Assembly: GCA_018826905.1 (NCBI GenBank)
Contig: JAHJYC010000003.1
Span: 36,963-100,962 of the forward strand
Source: Patescibacteria group bacterium
Lineage (GTDB): Bacteria; Patescibacteriota; Minisyncoccia; Phycocordibacterales; Phycocordibacteraceae
Direction: 5' to 3'
DNA: 64,000 nt
Made by a program: the position numbers and the translations under genes. The notes under the pieces were generated by a model. The model did not search any database. It was not told the DNA's origin and saw nothing but the letters and a program-made list of their open reading frames with translations. Positions 8,736 through 18,846 of this stretch are shown piece by piece; the stretch's first letter is position 1; each line of letters opens with the position of its first letter.

Positions 8736-10490
8736 ATGCAGGTATCTGAAAGCGAACTCAAAGAATTCATTCTTGATTCCGGACTTGTTCCTCGGAAGGA
8801 TGTTGAGGCTGCAGACGAGGAGGCAAAGAAGAAGAAACAATCTCTTGGAGATATTCTTATTGCCCAAGGTGCGCTCTCCACTGATTCTTTGCGACGCATT
8901 AAAGCATATGTGCTCGGTATTCCGTTCGTTAATTTGAAGGATAGGAAGATTCCTTTGGAAGTACTCTCTCTTATTCCTGAACCAATTGCTCGCACGCACT
9001 CCATCGTTGCCTTCCGCAAAGGAGAAGGAGAACTTGAGGTGGCAATGCTAGATACAGAAGATTTGCCTGCGATTGATTCCGTGCGTAAGACAACAGGACT
9101 TAAGATTCAGGCGAGGCTTACAGACGAAGACTCTCTGAAGAATGTTCTTTTGCAGTACCAGAAGTCTTTGAAGGAAGAGTTCGGCGACCTCATTTCAACT
9201 GAAGCAGGGAAGATTAACCTTATAAAGGATGCAGTTGAGGGAGACGAGACCTCTGGAGAGGATCTTAAGAAGATGGCTGAGGATCTTCCTATTGTACGTA
9301 TTGTTGATACTTTGCTCCGACACGCCATTATTCAGAAGGCATCTGACATTCATATTGAGCCAATGGAGCACGAGGTGTTGGTGCGGTATCGTATTGACGG
9401 TGTGTTGCATGATGCTATGACCCTGCCACGCACTGCTGCAGCTGGTATTACCGCTCGTATTAAAGTGCTTGCGAACTTGAAGCTAGACGAGAAGCGTCTT
9501 CCACAAGACGGACGATTCAAGATGGAAACGGAGACGGATAAGGTCTCGTTCCGTGTGTCTATGCTCCCTACGTATTTTGGAGAGAAGATCGTTATGCGTT
9601 TGCTTCGCGAAACGGGAGAGGGCTTTACCCTTGATGTGCTCGGGTTTCATGGAGATTCCATGGAGCGTATCCATAAGGCAACAAAAGCATCAACGGGACT
9701 CATTCTTATTTCAGGACCAACAGGATCAGGAAAGACAACAACCCTCTATACCATTCTGGATATTTTAAATACTCCTGATGTGAACATAAGTACCGTTGAG
9801 GATCCAATTGAGTACCAGATGAAGCGAGTAAATCAGACACAGGTGAACCCTGCGATTGGGTTTACCTTCGCAAATGGACTCCGTTCTCTCGTTCGTCAGG
9901 ACCCAGACGTTATTATGGTAGGAGAGATTCGTGACGGTGAGACTGCGTCACTTGCGATTAACGCTGCACTTACGGGACACTTAGTGCTCTCAACCATTCA
10001 CACTAACTCAGCAGCAGGTGCAATCCCTCGTCTTATGGATATGGGGGTTGAGCCCTTTCTTCTCGTGTCTACACTTCGCGTTATTGTGGGTCAACGACTT
10101 GTGCGTAGACTGTGCGATGGAAAGGAGCAGTATTCGCTAGATGCTGAAGAGCGCGCAAAGGTTGCAGGTACTGACAAGTTTGATGCAGTACTCAAGGCAC
10201 TCACAGACGAGAAGCTTGTAAAGGCAGGAAGCGGACTTGATGACGTGCCGTTCTATAAACCAACTCCTTCAGCTCAGTGTGAGGATGGATATTCAGGACG
10301 TATTGGTATTCATGAAGTACTCTCAGTCACTCCAACCATTCGTGATTTGATTTTGCATAATGGAACAACTGACGCTATAGAGGAACAGGCACGCAAAGAG
10401 GGCATGCTTACTATGCTTGAGGATGGAATCTATAAGGCAACAAGAGGAGTTACCTCAATTGAAGAGGTATTGCGTGCTGTTACGGAGTAG
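8736..10490 (+). CDS. pilB: Type IV pilus assembly ATPase PilB/GspE family
   Basis: MshEN-like N-terminus, ASDIHIEP, Walker A GPTGSGKTTT, RQDPDVIMVGEIRD, TGHLVLSTIHTN. Confidence 0.92.
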   Translation: MQVSESELKEFILDSGLVPRKDVEAADEEAKKKKQSLGDILIAQGALSTDSLRRIKAYVLGIPFVNLKDRKIPLEVLSLIPEPIARTHSIVAFRKGEGELEVAMLDTEDLPAIDSVRKTTGLKIQARLTDEDSLKNVLLQYQKSLKEEFGDLISTEAGKINLIKDAVEGDETSGEDLKKMAEDLPIVRIVDTLLRHAIIQKASDIHIEPMEHEVLVRYRIDGVLHDAMTLPRTAAAGITARIKVLANLKLDEKRLPQDGRFKMETETDKVSFRVSMLPTYFGEKIVMRLLRETGEGFTLDVLGFHGDSMERIHKATKASTGLILISGPTGSGKTTTLYTILDILNTPDVNISTVEDPIEYQMKRVNQTQVNPAIGFTFANGLRSLVRQDPDVIMVGEIRDGETASLAINAALTGHLVLSTIHTNSAAGAIPRLMDMGVEPFLLVSTLRVIVGQRLVRRLCDGKEQYSLDAEERAKVAGTDKFDAVLKALTDEKLVKAGSGLDDVPFYKPTPSAQCEDGYSGRIGIHEVLSVTPTIRDLILHNGTTDAIEEQARKEGMLTMLEDGIYKATRGVTSIEEVLRAVTE

Positions 10491-10570
10491 CTAGCCAAGC
10501 TACATTTTCATGCTATTGTGCGCTGGTCGCACGAAAGAAGCACCGGGCTTCTCGCGACAGGGAGGTACCA

Positions 10571-10927
10571 ATGAGTAAGGTGTTTGTTGGAATCCTGGTG
10601 TCCGCGTTTTTGGGCGTCATCGTCTATTCGCTCGGCGCCCACTACTTCGGCACCGCGATCATGCCGGGCGGTGAACAGCCGAGTCTGTTCGCGCCGACGC
10701 TGCAGTGGCTGGTCGCCGCGGTGGGAGCGGTCGCCATCTACATGGCGGCCGACGTGGTCGCTTCGGGCGTGCTCGCCATCATCCTGTTCGTCGTCGCCCT
10801 CGTTGTGGGCGGGACGCTGCAGGTCGGCTGGGAGTCCTGGCTCTGGGCTGCTGTCGCTGCCGCCATCGGCGCCACGCTCGGCAACCTGTTCGTTCCGGTT
10901 CAGCGCGGGACCGTGAGCGCCCAGTAG
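10571..10927 (+). CDS. SD-led, GC3-rich stand-alone mini-gene; ~4-TM membrane protein
   Basis: AGGGAGGT at 10559-10566; strongly C/G-ending codons; highly hydrophobic; own terminator; lies between pilB and pilC. Confidence 0.75.
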   Translation: MSKVFVGILVSAFLGVIVYSLGAHYFGTAIMPGGEQPSLFAPTLQWLVAAVGAVAIYMAADVVASGVLAIILFVVALVVGGTLQVGWESWLWAAVAAAIGATLGNLFVPVQRGTVSAQ

Positions 10928-10971
10928 TCGCGCTTGCACTGCCGCATTTGTGACGGGACGCGGCGCATATC

Positions 10972-11013
10972 GAGCTGAGACTCTTCTTCGGAACGTCTCA
11001 GCTCTTTTCTTTT
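10972..11013 (+). terminator. Intrinsic terminator of the 10571 mini-gene
   Basis: gagctgagac...gtctcagctc followed by ttttctttt. Confidence 0.8.
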
Positions 11014-11032
11014 GCATGCTACGATTATGTAC

Positions 11033-12244
11033 ATGAAATTTCGTGTCACCGTTAAGACCGCAGAGGGGAGCGAGGAGAAGCGAGTCGTTGAAGCAGCGTC
11101 TCGCTTTGGTGTGTACTCTGAAATAGAAAAAGAAGGAGCAACAGTGCTCTCTGTTGAAGACGGTGCGGGGACAAAGATGCCGAAGTGGAGTGAGATAACT
11201 ATCGGAACAGGAGTGAAGATGGATGAGCGGATTACGTTTACCAAAAACTTGGCAGCAATGATCTCTGCTGGACTCACACTCTCGCGTGCACTCTCTGTTA
11301 TTGAACGCCAATCAACAAACAAGGCACTGAAGAAAATTGTTATAGACCTTGAGGAGCGAGTGAAGAAGGGAGATGCATTCCATGAAGCACTGGCCGGGCA
11401 CTCAAAGGTCTTCTCTGAACTCTTTATTGCGATGACTAAGGCGGGGGAAGAGTCTGGAACGCTTGCGGAGTCGCTTACGGTTGTGGCTAGTCAGATGGAT
11501 AAGGCCAATTCGCTTCAGAAGAAAGTGAAGGGTGCGATGATTTACCCGTCTATCATTCTGTCTGCCGTGGTGGTGATTGGTATTCTTATGCTTATTTATG
11601 TAGTGCCAACACTTTCAAATACATTTAAGGAACTTGGAGTGGAGTTACCAGCTGCCACGAAAGCAATTGTGAATACCTCAGACTTTATGGCAAACAATGT
11701 TGCCTTGGTGTTCGGACTCCTTATTGGCTTCTTTGGAGGGCTCTATTTCTTCCTTAAATCCAAGGTGGGGGGAAAGACACTTCTGTTCGTGTCTTTACGT
11801 CTTCCTATAATTGGGGAGCTTGTAAGAGAAACTATGAGTGCGCGTGGTGCTCGTGCACTCTCATCCCTCCTTTCTTCAGGGGTAGAAATGTTATCTGCAC
11901 TTAAAATCACAAGTGAGGTAGTGGGAGATAATGTGTTTGGAAAAGTGGTTGATGAAGCATCTGAGCGAGTACGAAAGGGAGAAGCACTTTCCGCTGCGTT
12001 CACCGATCATCCAAAGCTGTATCCTATTTTTGTTGCAGACATGATTGCTGTTGGAGAAGAGACAGGAAAGGTTGCAGACATGTTGGGACAAGTTGCGCAG
12101 TACTACGAGACTGATGTAGAAGATCGTACGAAAGACCTCTCAACAATTATTGAGCCAGTGCTCATGCTTGTTATCGGAACGGTTGTAGGTATCTTTGCGA
12201 TGTCTATGATTTCTCCGATCTACTCTCTCTCGGACAAGATTTAA
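11033..12244 (+). CDS. pilC: Type IV pilus platform protein PilC/GspF family
   Basis: Two T2SSF domains (AGEESGTL; VGEETGKV...IIEPVLMLVIG). Confidence 0.92.
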   Translation: MKFRVTVKTAEGSEEKRVVEAASRFGVYSEIEKEGATVLSVEDGAGTKMPKWSEITIGTGVKMDERITFTKNLAAMISAGLTLSRALSVIERQSTNKALKKIVIDLEERVKKGDAFHEALAGHSKVFSELFIAMTKAGEESGTLAESLTVVASQMDKANSLQKKVKGAMIYPSIILSAVVVIGILMLIYVVPTLSNTFKELGVELPAATKAIVNTSDFMANNVALVFGLLIGFFGGLYFFLKSKVGGKTLLFVSLRLPIIGELVRETMSARGARALSSLLSSGVEMLSALKITSEVVGDNVFGKVVDEASERVRKGEALSAAFTDHPKLYPIFVADMIAVGEETGKVADMLGQVAQYYETDVEDRTKDLSTIIEPVLMLVIGTVVGIFAMSMISPIYSLSDKI

Positions 12245-12279
12245 ATAGAGGTGAGCGAGTGCGTTATCATACGTAGCAT

Positions 12280-13743
12280 ATGACCGTACAGCGTGGCATG
12301 ACGCTTATTGACGTACTCGTGGGATCAGCACTCGTGCTTATTGTATTCCTCACACTCCTTGGACTCTTGCGTGCGTCGTTACTTATTTCCTCTTCTTCAA
12401 AAGCAAAGGCTGGAGCAACTGCTGTTGCAACTACGCAGATGGAGTACTTGCGTTCTCTTCCGTATGCATCTGTAGGAACAGTAGGAGGTATACCTGCAGG
12501 AAATATTCCACAAACTGCGACAACAACTATGAACGGCATTCCCTACACTATTCGCACGTTCGTTGCGTATGTGGACGATGTGAAAGATGGGACAGGGGTG
12601 AGTGATTCAAACGGGATCACCACAGACTATAAAAAGGCGAAGGTTGCGGTGACGTATGTTTTTAGAGAGACCGTGCGGGAGGTTGCACTTATTTCAAATA
12701 TCGCGCCTCCTTCTATTGAAACAACGGCAGGGGGAGGAACTCTTCGTGTGAATGTTGTAGACGCAGTCGGTGTCCCAGTATCTGGTGCTTCAGTGCGTAT
12801 TCAAAATACGTCGCTCGCACCAACAGTTGATGTAACTACTTTCTCTGATGTTTCAGGGGCGGCAACGTTTCCCGGAGCGCCAACATCAACTGAGTATCAG
12901 ATTTCTGTAACAAAGTCTGGCTATTCAAGTGCGGAGACGTATGTACGTGATGCAACAAATCAGAATCCTACTCCGGGGTATCTCACTGTTGTTGGGGACC
13001 AGACAACATCAGGAACATTCAGCATTGATGCGTTAGTACCGTTTACGTTGCGTACTCTGTATCCAATTCGCTCAGCAAGTCAGTCCGACACCTTTTCAGG
13101 GAGTGCAGGGTTGTTGTCTATGACAAACACGCAAGTGTCTGGAGGAGCACTGCAGCTTGCGGGAAGCGTTGGAAGTTATGCTGCATCAGGAAGCGCGCGT
13201 TCCACAACAACTACACCGGCGTACCTTTCTGCGTGGACAAACGTTTCAGGGGCTCTAACTGCTGATACTGGTACTACTGTACGCGTCCATGTCGGAGATG
13301 CTGATGGAGTTCTCATACCAGACGCGGTGCTTTCAGGAAATGCGACTGGGTTTTCTGCGTTTCCCATTTCACTTTCTACAGTCTCAACGTCAACATATCC
13401 GAGTCTTACACTTGTAACAGAACTCACTACAAACAATGCCTCCTCAACGCCAGAAATTCTTGAATGGGGATTTGTATATGATGAAGGACCAATTCCTGTT
13501 CCAGATGTACCCTTCACTCTTACCGGCGCAAAGAAGAAGGGGACAACAGGAGAGGGTGCAGCAATTTATAAAACCATTGTTTCAACAACAACGGATGCAA
13601 CAGGTGCTCGTTACATTCCAATTGAATGGGATGTGTACACTCTCTCGGAGGTAACTGGGTATACGGTCTCAAGTTCTTCGGTCGCGTCACCGTACACGCT
13701 TACACCGGGAGTGCCGTTTGATGTGTCACTTTTCTTAGAATGA
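12280..13743 (+). CDS. Prepilin-type (PilV-like) minor pilin with C-terminal beta-sandwich/carboxypeptidase-regulatory-like domains
   Basis: QRG|MTLIDVLV type III signal; T/S/G-rich extracellular region; 'GTLRVNVVDAVGVPVSGASV'. Confidence 0.75.
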   Translation: MTVQRGMTLIDVLVGSALVLIVFLTLLGLLRASLLISSSSKAKAGATAVATTQMEYLRSLPYASVGTVGGIPAGNIPQTATTTMNGIPYTIRTFVAYVDDVKDGTGVSDSNGITTDYKKAKVAVTYVFRETVREVALISNIAPPSIETTAGGGTLRVNVVDAVGVPVSGASVRIQNTSLAPTVDVTTFSDVSGAATFPGAPTSTEYQISVTKSGYSSAETYVRDATNQNPTPGYLTVVGDQTTSGTFSIDALVPFTLRTLYPIRSASQSDTFSGSAGLLSMTNTQVSGGALQLAGSVGSYAASGSARSTTTTPAYLSAWTNVSGALTADTGTTVRVHVGDADGVLIPDAVLSGNATGFSAFPISLSTVSTSTYPSLTLVTELTTNNASSTPEILEWGFVYDEGPIPVPDVPFTLTGAKKKGTTGEGAAIYKTIVSTTTDATGARYIPIEWDVYTLSEVTGYTVSSSSVASPYTLTPGVPFDVSLFLE

Positions 13744-13744
13744 T

Positions 13745-14326
13745 ATGAAACGCGCGTTCACTCTTGTTGAGACAATTGTAGTGGTGGCCATCCTGGCTAC
13801 TGTTGGAGTCGGGCTTCTGACGATGATTGCGTACTTCTATCGCTCAAATGCCTATGTGCTAGAGCAGACTACTGCTCTAGATTCTGCGCACAGAGGTATT
13901 GATGAAGCGTTTGGAATTTTGCGTGAAGCTTCGTATGGAGAAGACGGTGCGTTTCCTCTTGCTGCCGCTGCTACCTCAAGCATCATGTTTTACAGCGACA
14001 TAGATATTGATACTCCCGTTGAGCGTGTCCATCTGTACCTTTCAAATGGGACGATGTACCAGGGAGTTACAAATGCAGCAGGGAATCCTCCTTCGTATGT
14101 GGGGCAACCTGAGACAACGTATACGATCGCAACGTATGTAAAGAATGCGACATCAACACCAATCTTTAGGTACTACAATACGGTAGGCACTGAGCTTACT
14201 GGGACGATAAACCTTGCTGACGTAGCGTCCGTGAAGTTGCGTCTAGACGTGGACTTAAATCCACTCCGTGCACCAAATATTCTCACGATTGAACAGAGCG
14301 CAACGCTCAGAAACTTGCGATACTAA
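13745..14326 (+). CDS. Prepilin (PilW-like minor pilin)
   Basis: KRA|FTLVETIVVVAIL N-methylation motif. Confidence 0.8.
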   Translation: MKRAFTLVETIVVVAILATVGVGLLTMIAYFYRSNAYVLEQTTALDSAHRGIDEAFGILREASYGEDGAFPLAAAATSSIMFYSDIDIDTPVERVHLYLSNGTMYQGVTNAAGNPPSYVGQPETTYTIATYVKNATSTPIFRYYNTVGTELTGTINLADVASVKLRLDVDLNPLRAPNILTIEQSATLRNLRY

Positions 14327-14331
14327 TATCT

Positions 14332-15768
14332 ATGAAAGGACACACACCAGTTCGCGGATATCTCATGCTTCTCGCAATTGTATTTGGAGCGGTGTTTATA
14401 ACAGTGCTCGGTGCGTTGTCTGGTTATGTGCTCACACAAAATCGTGCACAGTCTACTGCTACTGCGGGAAGTAGAGGATTTGCAATTGCAGAAGCGGGAC
14501 TAGAGTACTACCGCTGGTTTCTCGCACACTACCCAAACGATCTTACAAACGGAACGGGGGGAGGGGGACCATATACTATTCCTTACAATGATCCAGAAGG
14601 AGGAGAGACTGGGACCATCTCGCTAGATATTTCAGGAAACATTTCCTGTGGGCAAACTACCTCAATTGATATTCGTTCAACTGGAATTCCTACTGAGCAA
14701 GAGAGTGCAGAGCAAACAATTGTTGCGAGGTACGCACGTCCGACAGTTGCACGCTTTTCGTATGTTTTGAATGACAGCGTATGGGCAGGAGACGATCGCA
14801 TAATAAATGGTCCGTATCATAGCAACGGAGGTATCCGCATGGATGGTACTGCAAACGCTCCCGTAACAAGTTCGCTTTCTAGCTGGCTCTGCACTTCTTC
14901 GTTTGGTTGCTCTCCGAATCAAACAAAGACAGGAGTGTGGGGAAGTGGAGGAATACAAAGTTTGTGGGAGTATCCGGTGCCTCAAGTAGATTTTGCTGGT
15001 ATTGCTGCAGACTTCAGTACGCTGAAGAATACTGCGAATACGAGTGGGCTGTATCTTGCCCGGTACAGTTCAGGATCTAACAAAAACAATGCAAATTACT
15101 GGCGCGGGTACCATCTTATTTTTAATGGAAACGGAACAGTTACCATTCGTCGCGTAACGGGAACTACCTCCCTCTCATTTGTTGGAATAAATGCTGAAGA
15201 TACAGTAGATCGTACACTTATCTCATCAGAAAGTTTTTATAGTACGTACACACTTCCTGCGGACTGCGGACTTATTTTTGTTGAAGACAACGTGTGGGTA
15301 GAGGGAGTAGTTGATCGCAAGGTAACACTCGTTGCTGCAAACATCACCACGACAGGTATTGCTCCTAGCGCCGTACTTAAGGAAGACATCACCTATGCAG
15401 CAACTGACGGCTCAGACGGACTTACGCTTATTGCTGAAAACAATGTTCTTATAGCTCCCGACTCTCCACACAACATGACACTGAATGGAATTTTCGTCGC
15501 GCAGGGAGGAGCATTCGGGAGAAACCTCTATTCTTGCCCGGGCTCCTATGAACCCAAAGGAACGCTCACCATTCTTGGAACTACAGTATCTAATTTGCGT
15601 ACAGGAACACAGTGGCAAAATGGCTGTTACTCGTGGTGGAGCGGGTATGGCGATGCAGGGTATCAATCGCGTGTAGATGCGTTTGATAGAAATCTCTCAA
15701 CAGACCCTCCTCCTTTCACTCCAACGACTTCAACAGACTACGAGTTCGTAGACTGGAGAGAGGAATAA
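14332..15768 (+). CDS. PilX-like minor pilin
   Basis: RG|YLMLLAIV lacking E5, and AIAEAGLEY, both typical of the PilX N-terminus. Confidence 0.75.
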   Translation: MKGHTPVRGYLMLLAIVFGAVFITVLGALSGYVLTQNRAQSTATAGSRGFAIAEAGLEYYRWFLAHYPNDLTNGTGGGGPYTIPYNDPEGGETGTISLDISGNISCGQTTSIDIRSTGIPTEQESAEQTIVARYARPTVARFSYVLNDSVWAGDDRIINGPYHSNGGIRMDGTANAPVTSSLSSWLCTSSFGCSPNQTKTGVWGSGGIQSLWEYPVPQVDFAGIAADFSTLKNTANTSGLYLARYSSGSNKNNANYWRGYHLIFNGNGTVTIRRVTGTTSLSFVGINAEDTVDRTLISSESFYSTYTLPADCGLIFVEDNVWVEGVVDRKVTLVAANITTTGIAPSAVLKEDITYAATDGSDGLTLIAENNVLIAPDSPHNMTLNGIFVAQGGAFGRNLYSCPGSYEPKGTLTILGTTVSNLRTGTQWQNGCYSWWSGYGDAGYQSRVDAFDRNLSTDPPPFTPTTSTDYEFVDWREE

Positions 15769-15791
15769 CAGGCACGTGCTAGGATTCATGT

Positions 15792-16529
15792 ATGCTTATC
15801 ATCGGAAATTGGAAGGCCTACATTGAATCTACAACGAAGGCAAAGGCTCTCTTTGCTTCTGCAAAACGACTTTCTGCAAAGGGAGTACATGAGGTAGTAG
15901 TTGCACCAGCATATCCCTATATAGGTATGGGGGCAGGAATTAAAGGACTTATTCTTGGTGCGCAGGATGTATCGGAAACGACCGGGGGCGCACAAACAGG
16001 CGAAGTTGCGGCTGGGCAGCTGGCTGATCTGGGAGTGTCGTATGTTATTGCAGGACATTCGGAGCGTAGAGCGCGTGGAGAGACTGACGAAGTTGTTACT
16101 GAAAAAGTCCGGCACATATTCGCGCACGGCATGGTCCCTGTACTTTGCGTTGGAGAGCGAGAGCGAGATTCAGATGCGCAGTATTTGAAGGAAGTACGCC
16201 AGCAGATAAGTGTTGTTATGGAGGCGTTGTCTCAAAAGGAGCGTTTACAGGTAGTTCTTGCATATGAGCCGGTCTGGGCAATTGGAAAAACCGGGGCTGA
16301 CGCAATCACTGCAGGAGACCTGGCTGAGATGGTGTTGTATATCAGAAAGATTCTCGGGGACTACATTCCAGGGAGAGCAACTACAAAAGTGAAGATTTTG
16401 TACGGCGGGTCTGTTGATGCAGAAAATATTCGTATGCTCGCGAGTGGGACGGGAGTGGAAGGATTTTTAGTAGGACGAGCCAGTGCAGACGTGGCCGCTT
16501 TTTCTGGATTGGTTAAGGCGCTTTCCTAG
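15792..16529 (+). CDS. tpiA: Triosephosphate isomerase
   Basis: GNWK, GHSERR, AYEPVWAIG and YGGSV motifs. Confidence 0.95.
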   Translation: MLIIGNWKAYIESTTKAKALFASAKRLSAKGVHEVVVAPAYPYIGMGAGIKGLILGAQDVSETTGGAQTGEVAAGQLADLGVSYVIAGHSERRARGETDEVVTEKVRHIFAHGMVPVLCVGERERDSDAQYLKEVRQQISVVMEALSQKERLQVVLAYEPVWAIGKTGADAITAGDLAEMVLYIRKILGDYIPGRATTKVKILYGGSVDAENIRMLASGTGVEGFLVGRASADVAAFSGLVKALS

Positions 16530-16538
16530 TGTATCTTC

Positions 16539-17237
16539 ATGCGTATCTTTTTACTTCTCCTTTTAGCTTTCCTTATAGTACTGATTTGTTACTGGGCAAC
16601 TACTTTTTATCTTACAGTGCAGACATCCAAAAAGATTATTGAGAATACCACTCCGTACACAAAGGAAGGGGAGGGAGACGCAGTTCTCGTGCTCGGAGAC
16701 AGTACTGCAGTTGGTATTGGAGCAGCAGCGCCTGAAGAAAGCGTCGCGGGCCAGGTAGCAAAGGAGATTGAGGTGGGGTCAGTTGAGAACTATGCGAAGT
16801 CTGGTGCTGAAGTTAACGATTTGTCAGGACAGATTGCACAAGCAAAGAAAGGTGACTATCGATTGATACTCATTCAAATTGGAGGGAACGATATCATCAG
16901 ATTCCATAATGCGCAGAAGGTAGGTAAAGAACTTGCTCAAGTATTGAAAACACTTCCCGGAAGCGAAAAGGTAATTGTTATAAGTGCGGGAGACGTGGGG
17001 GGAGCACCGCTCTTCCCGTTTCCTATTCGTCCTTTCTACACGCGGCTCAACAACGAATATCACGAAGTCTTTGAACATGTGGTTAGCGAAGCGGGATATA
17101 CTTACGTAAACTTTGGAAACTCCCCAGCAACGAAGACTATTAATGAAGACCCAAAAACATATTTAGCGGCAGATGGTTTGCATCCTTCTTCAGCGGGGTA
17201 CAAGTTATGGTTTGAAGACATTCGTCCTGAGCTTTAA
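16539..17237 (+). CDS. SGNH/GDSL hydrolase
   Basis: LGDSTAVG, GGNDI and DGLHPS blocks; N-terminal TM. Confidence 0.88.
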   Translation: MRIFLLLLLAFLIVLICYWATTFYLTVQTSKKIIENTTPYTKEGEGDAVLVLGDSTAVGIGAAAPEESVAGQVAKEIEVGSVENYAKSGAEVNDLSGQIAQAKKGDYRLILIQIGGNDIIRFHNAQKVGKELAQVLKTLPGSEKVIVISAGDVGGAPLFPFPIRPFYTRLNNEYHEVFEHVVSEAGYTYVNFGNSPATKTINEDPKTYLAADGLHPSSAGYKLWFEDIRPEL

Positions 17238-17258
17238 AAATTCGTATACACTAGACGT

Positions 17259-18392
17259 ATGAGAACAGTACGTGGAATAAAAAGACTAGAAGGCCTTCCT
17301 GTACTCGTCCGTGCAGCATTAAATGTTCCTATTGTTGATGGAAAGGTTTCAGGAAGTTTTCGGCTACGGCGTGCACTCCCTACCATTGAATACCTGCGAG
17401 AGCGTCATGCGAAAGTGATACTTCTCGGACACATTGGAGACCGAGGAACAGAATCTTTGCAACCTGTGTATGAAACTATGAAGACCATGGTGCCAGGACT
17501 TAAGTTCTGTCCGGTAACAACAGGACCAGTAGCACGAGCGGCGGTGCGCGCACTCGCGCCAGGAGAGGTGCTCATGCTTGAGAACGTCCGAAGAGATGTG
17601 GGGGAGAAGAAAAACACAAAGGCATTTGCAGCAGCACTCGCTGATTTGGCAGACGTGTTTGTTCAGGACTCTTTTGATGTATGTCATCGTCCACACGCAT
17701 CAGTTGTTGGTGTACCAGAGTTCCTCCCTTCGTATGCGGGACTTCTTGTTGAAGAAGAAGTGCGAGAACTTAAGAAGGCATTGAAGCCAAAGAATCCTTC
17801 TCTCGCTGTAATTGGAGGAGCGAAGTTTGCAACAAAGCAACCAGTCTTAAAGAAGCTTCTTGCTGTCTATGAGCGGGTGTACGTAGGAGGGGCACTCGCA
17901 AATGATTTTGCAGTTGCTGAAGGGTTGCCTGTAGGAAAGTCACTTGTTGGGGGAGCAAGCAAAGCTGAGATACGAGTGCTACTTGGGAATCGCAGATTAA
18001 GTTTGCCGCTTGATTATGTCGTTGCGCCACATGGGGGGAAGCGTGAACAAGGGAGAGTAGCTACTGTCCGCGATGTAAAGGATAGCGAGGCAATCCTAGA
18101 TAATGGACCGAAGACAATTGCCATGCTTGCGGAGCGAGTTGAGAAGGCAAAGACCATCGTATGGAACGGTCCTTTGGGGAACTATGAGAACGGATTCACA
18201 ACGGCAACTGAAGATTTGGCAAGGCTTATTGCAAATTCTCGCGCACATTCAATTGTTGGGGGTGGGGACACTGTTGCGGCAATTGAAAAGGTTGGCGTCT
18301 CAGGAAAGTTTTCTTTTATTTCTACGGGTGGCGGGGCGATGTTGGACTTTCTTTCCAAAGGCACCCTTCCAGGAATTGAAGCACTTCGTTAG
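17259..18392 (+). CDS. pgk: Phosphoglycerate kinase
   Basis: LNVP, LENVR, HRPHASVVG, WNGPLG, GGGDT and ISTGGGA motifs. Confidence 0.93.
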   Translation: MRTVRGIKRLEGLPVLVRAALNVPIVDGKVSGSFRLRRALPTIEYLRERHAKVILLGHIGDRGTESLQPVYETMKTMVPGLKFCPVTTGPVARAAVRALAPGEVLMLENVRRDVGEKKNTKAFAAALADLADVFVQDSFDVCHRPHASVVGVPEFLPSYAGLLVEEEVRELKKALKPKNPSLAVIGGAKFATKQPVLKKLLAVYERVYVGGALANDFAVAEGLPVGKSLVGGASKAEIRVLLGNRRLSLPLDYVVAPHGGKREQGRVATVRDVKDSEAILDNGPKTIAMLAERVEKAKTIVWNGPLGNYENGFTTATEDLARLIANSRAHSIVGGGDTVAAIEKVGVSGKFSFISTGGGAMLDFLSKGTLPGIEALR

Positions 18393-18799
18393 GCGATTTC
18401 TTTACGGATACGGGAAGCAATTTCACTCGCTTCAACAGGGTCATGGGGGAGCTTCGGCCAGAATGCGTAGGTACCTCTTTCTACACGGGGGATGATATGG
18501 ACGTGTAGATGGAATACCGTTTGCCCGGCCTCGGCCTCATGGTTTGAGTTTATGTGTACTCCCTTAGCGTTAACGCTATCGCGGACGGCAGGACTTATTT
18601 TTCGCACCGTACGCATTACTGCAGCGAGCGTTTCATCGTCTATATCAAAGATGTTGCGGAAGGGTTTCTTTGGGATAACAAGAGTATGTCCTGGAGTAAC
18701 CGGTTCAATGTTCATGAATGCGAGCGTTTCATCGTCTTCGTATACGATTTCCGCAGGCAACTCTCTCCGTATGATTTTCCCAAATACTGTGTCTTCCAT
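18389..18799 (-). CDS. HIT family protein
   Basis: TVFGKII...PGHTLVIPK...QTVFHLHVHIIPR histidine triad. Confidence 0.92.
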   Translation of the reverse strand: MEDTVFGKIIRRELPAEIVYEDDETLAFMNIEPVTPGHTLVIPKKPFRNIFDIDDETLAAVMRTVRKISPAVRDSVNAKGVHINSNHEAEAGQTVFHLHVHIIPRVERGTYAFWPKLPHDPVEASEIASRIRKEIA

Positions 18800-18846
18800 A
18801 TAAGGAAACGATACCGTAGAAGGGCTATTTGGTACAATGCGCTCAC

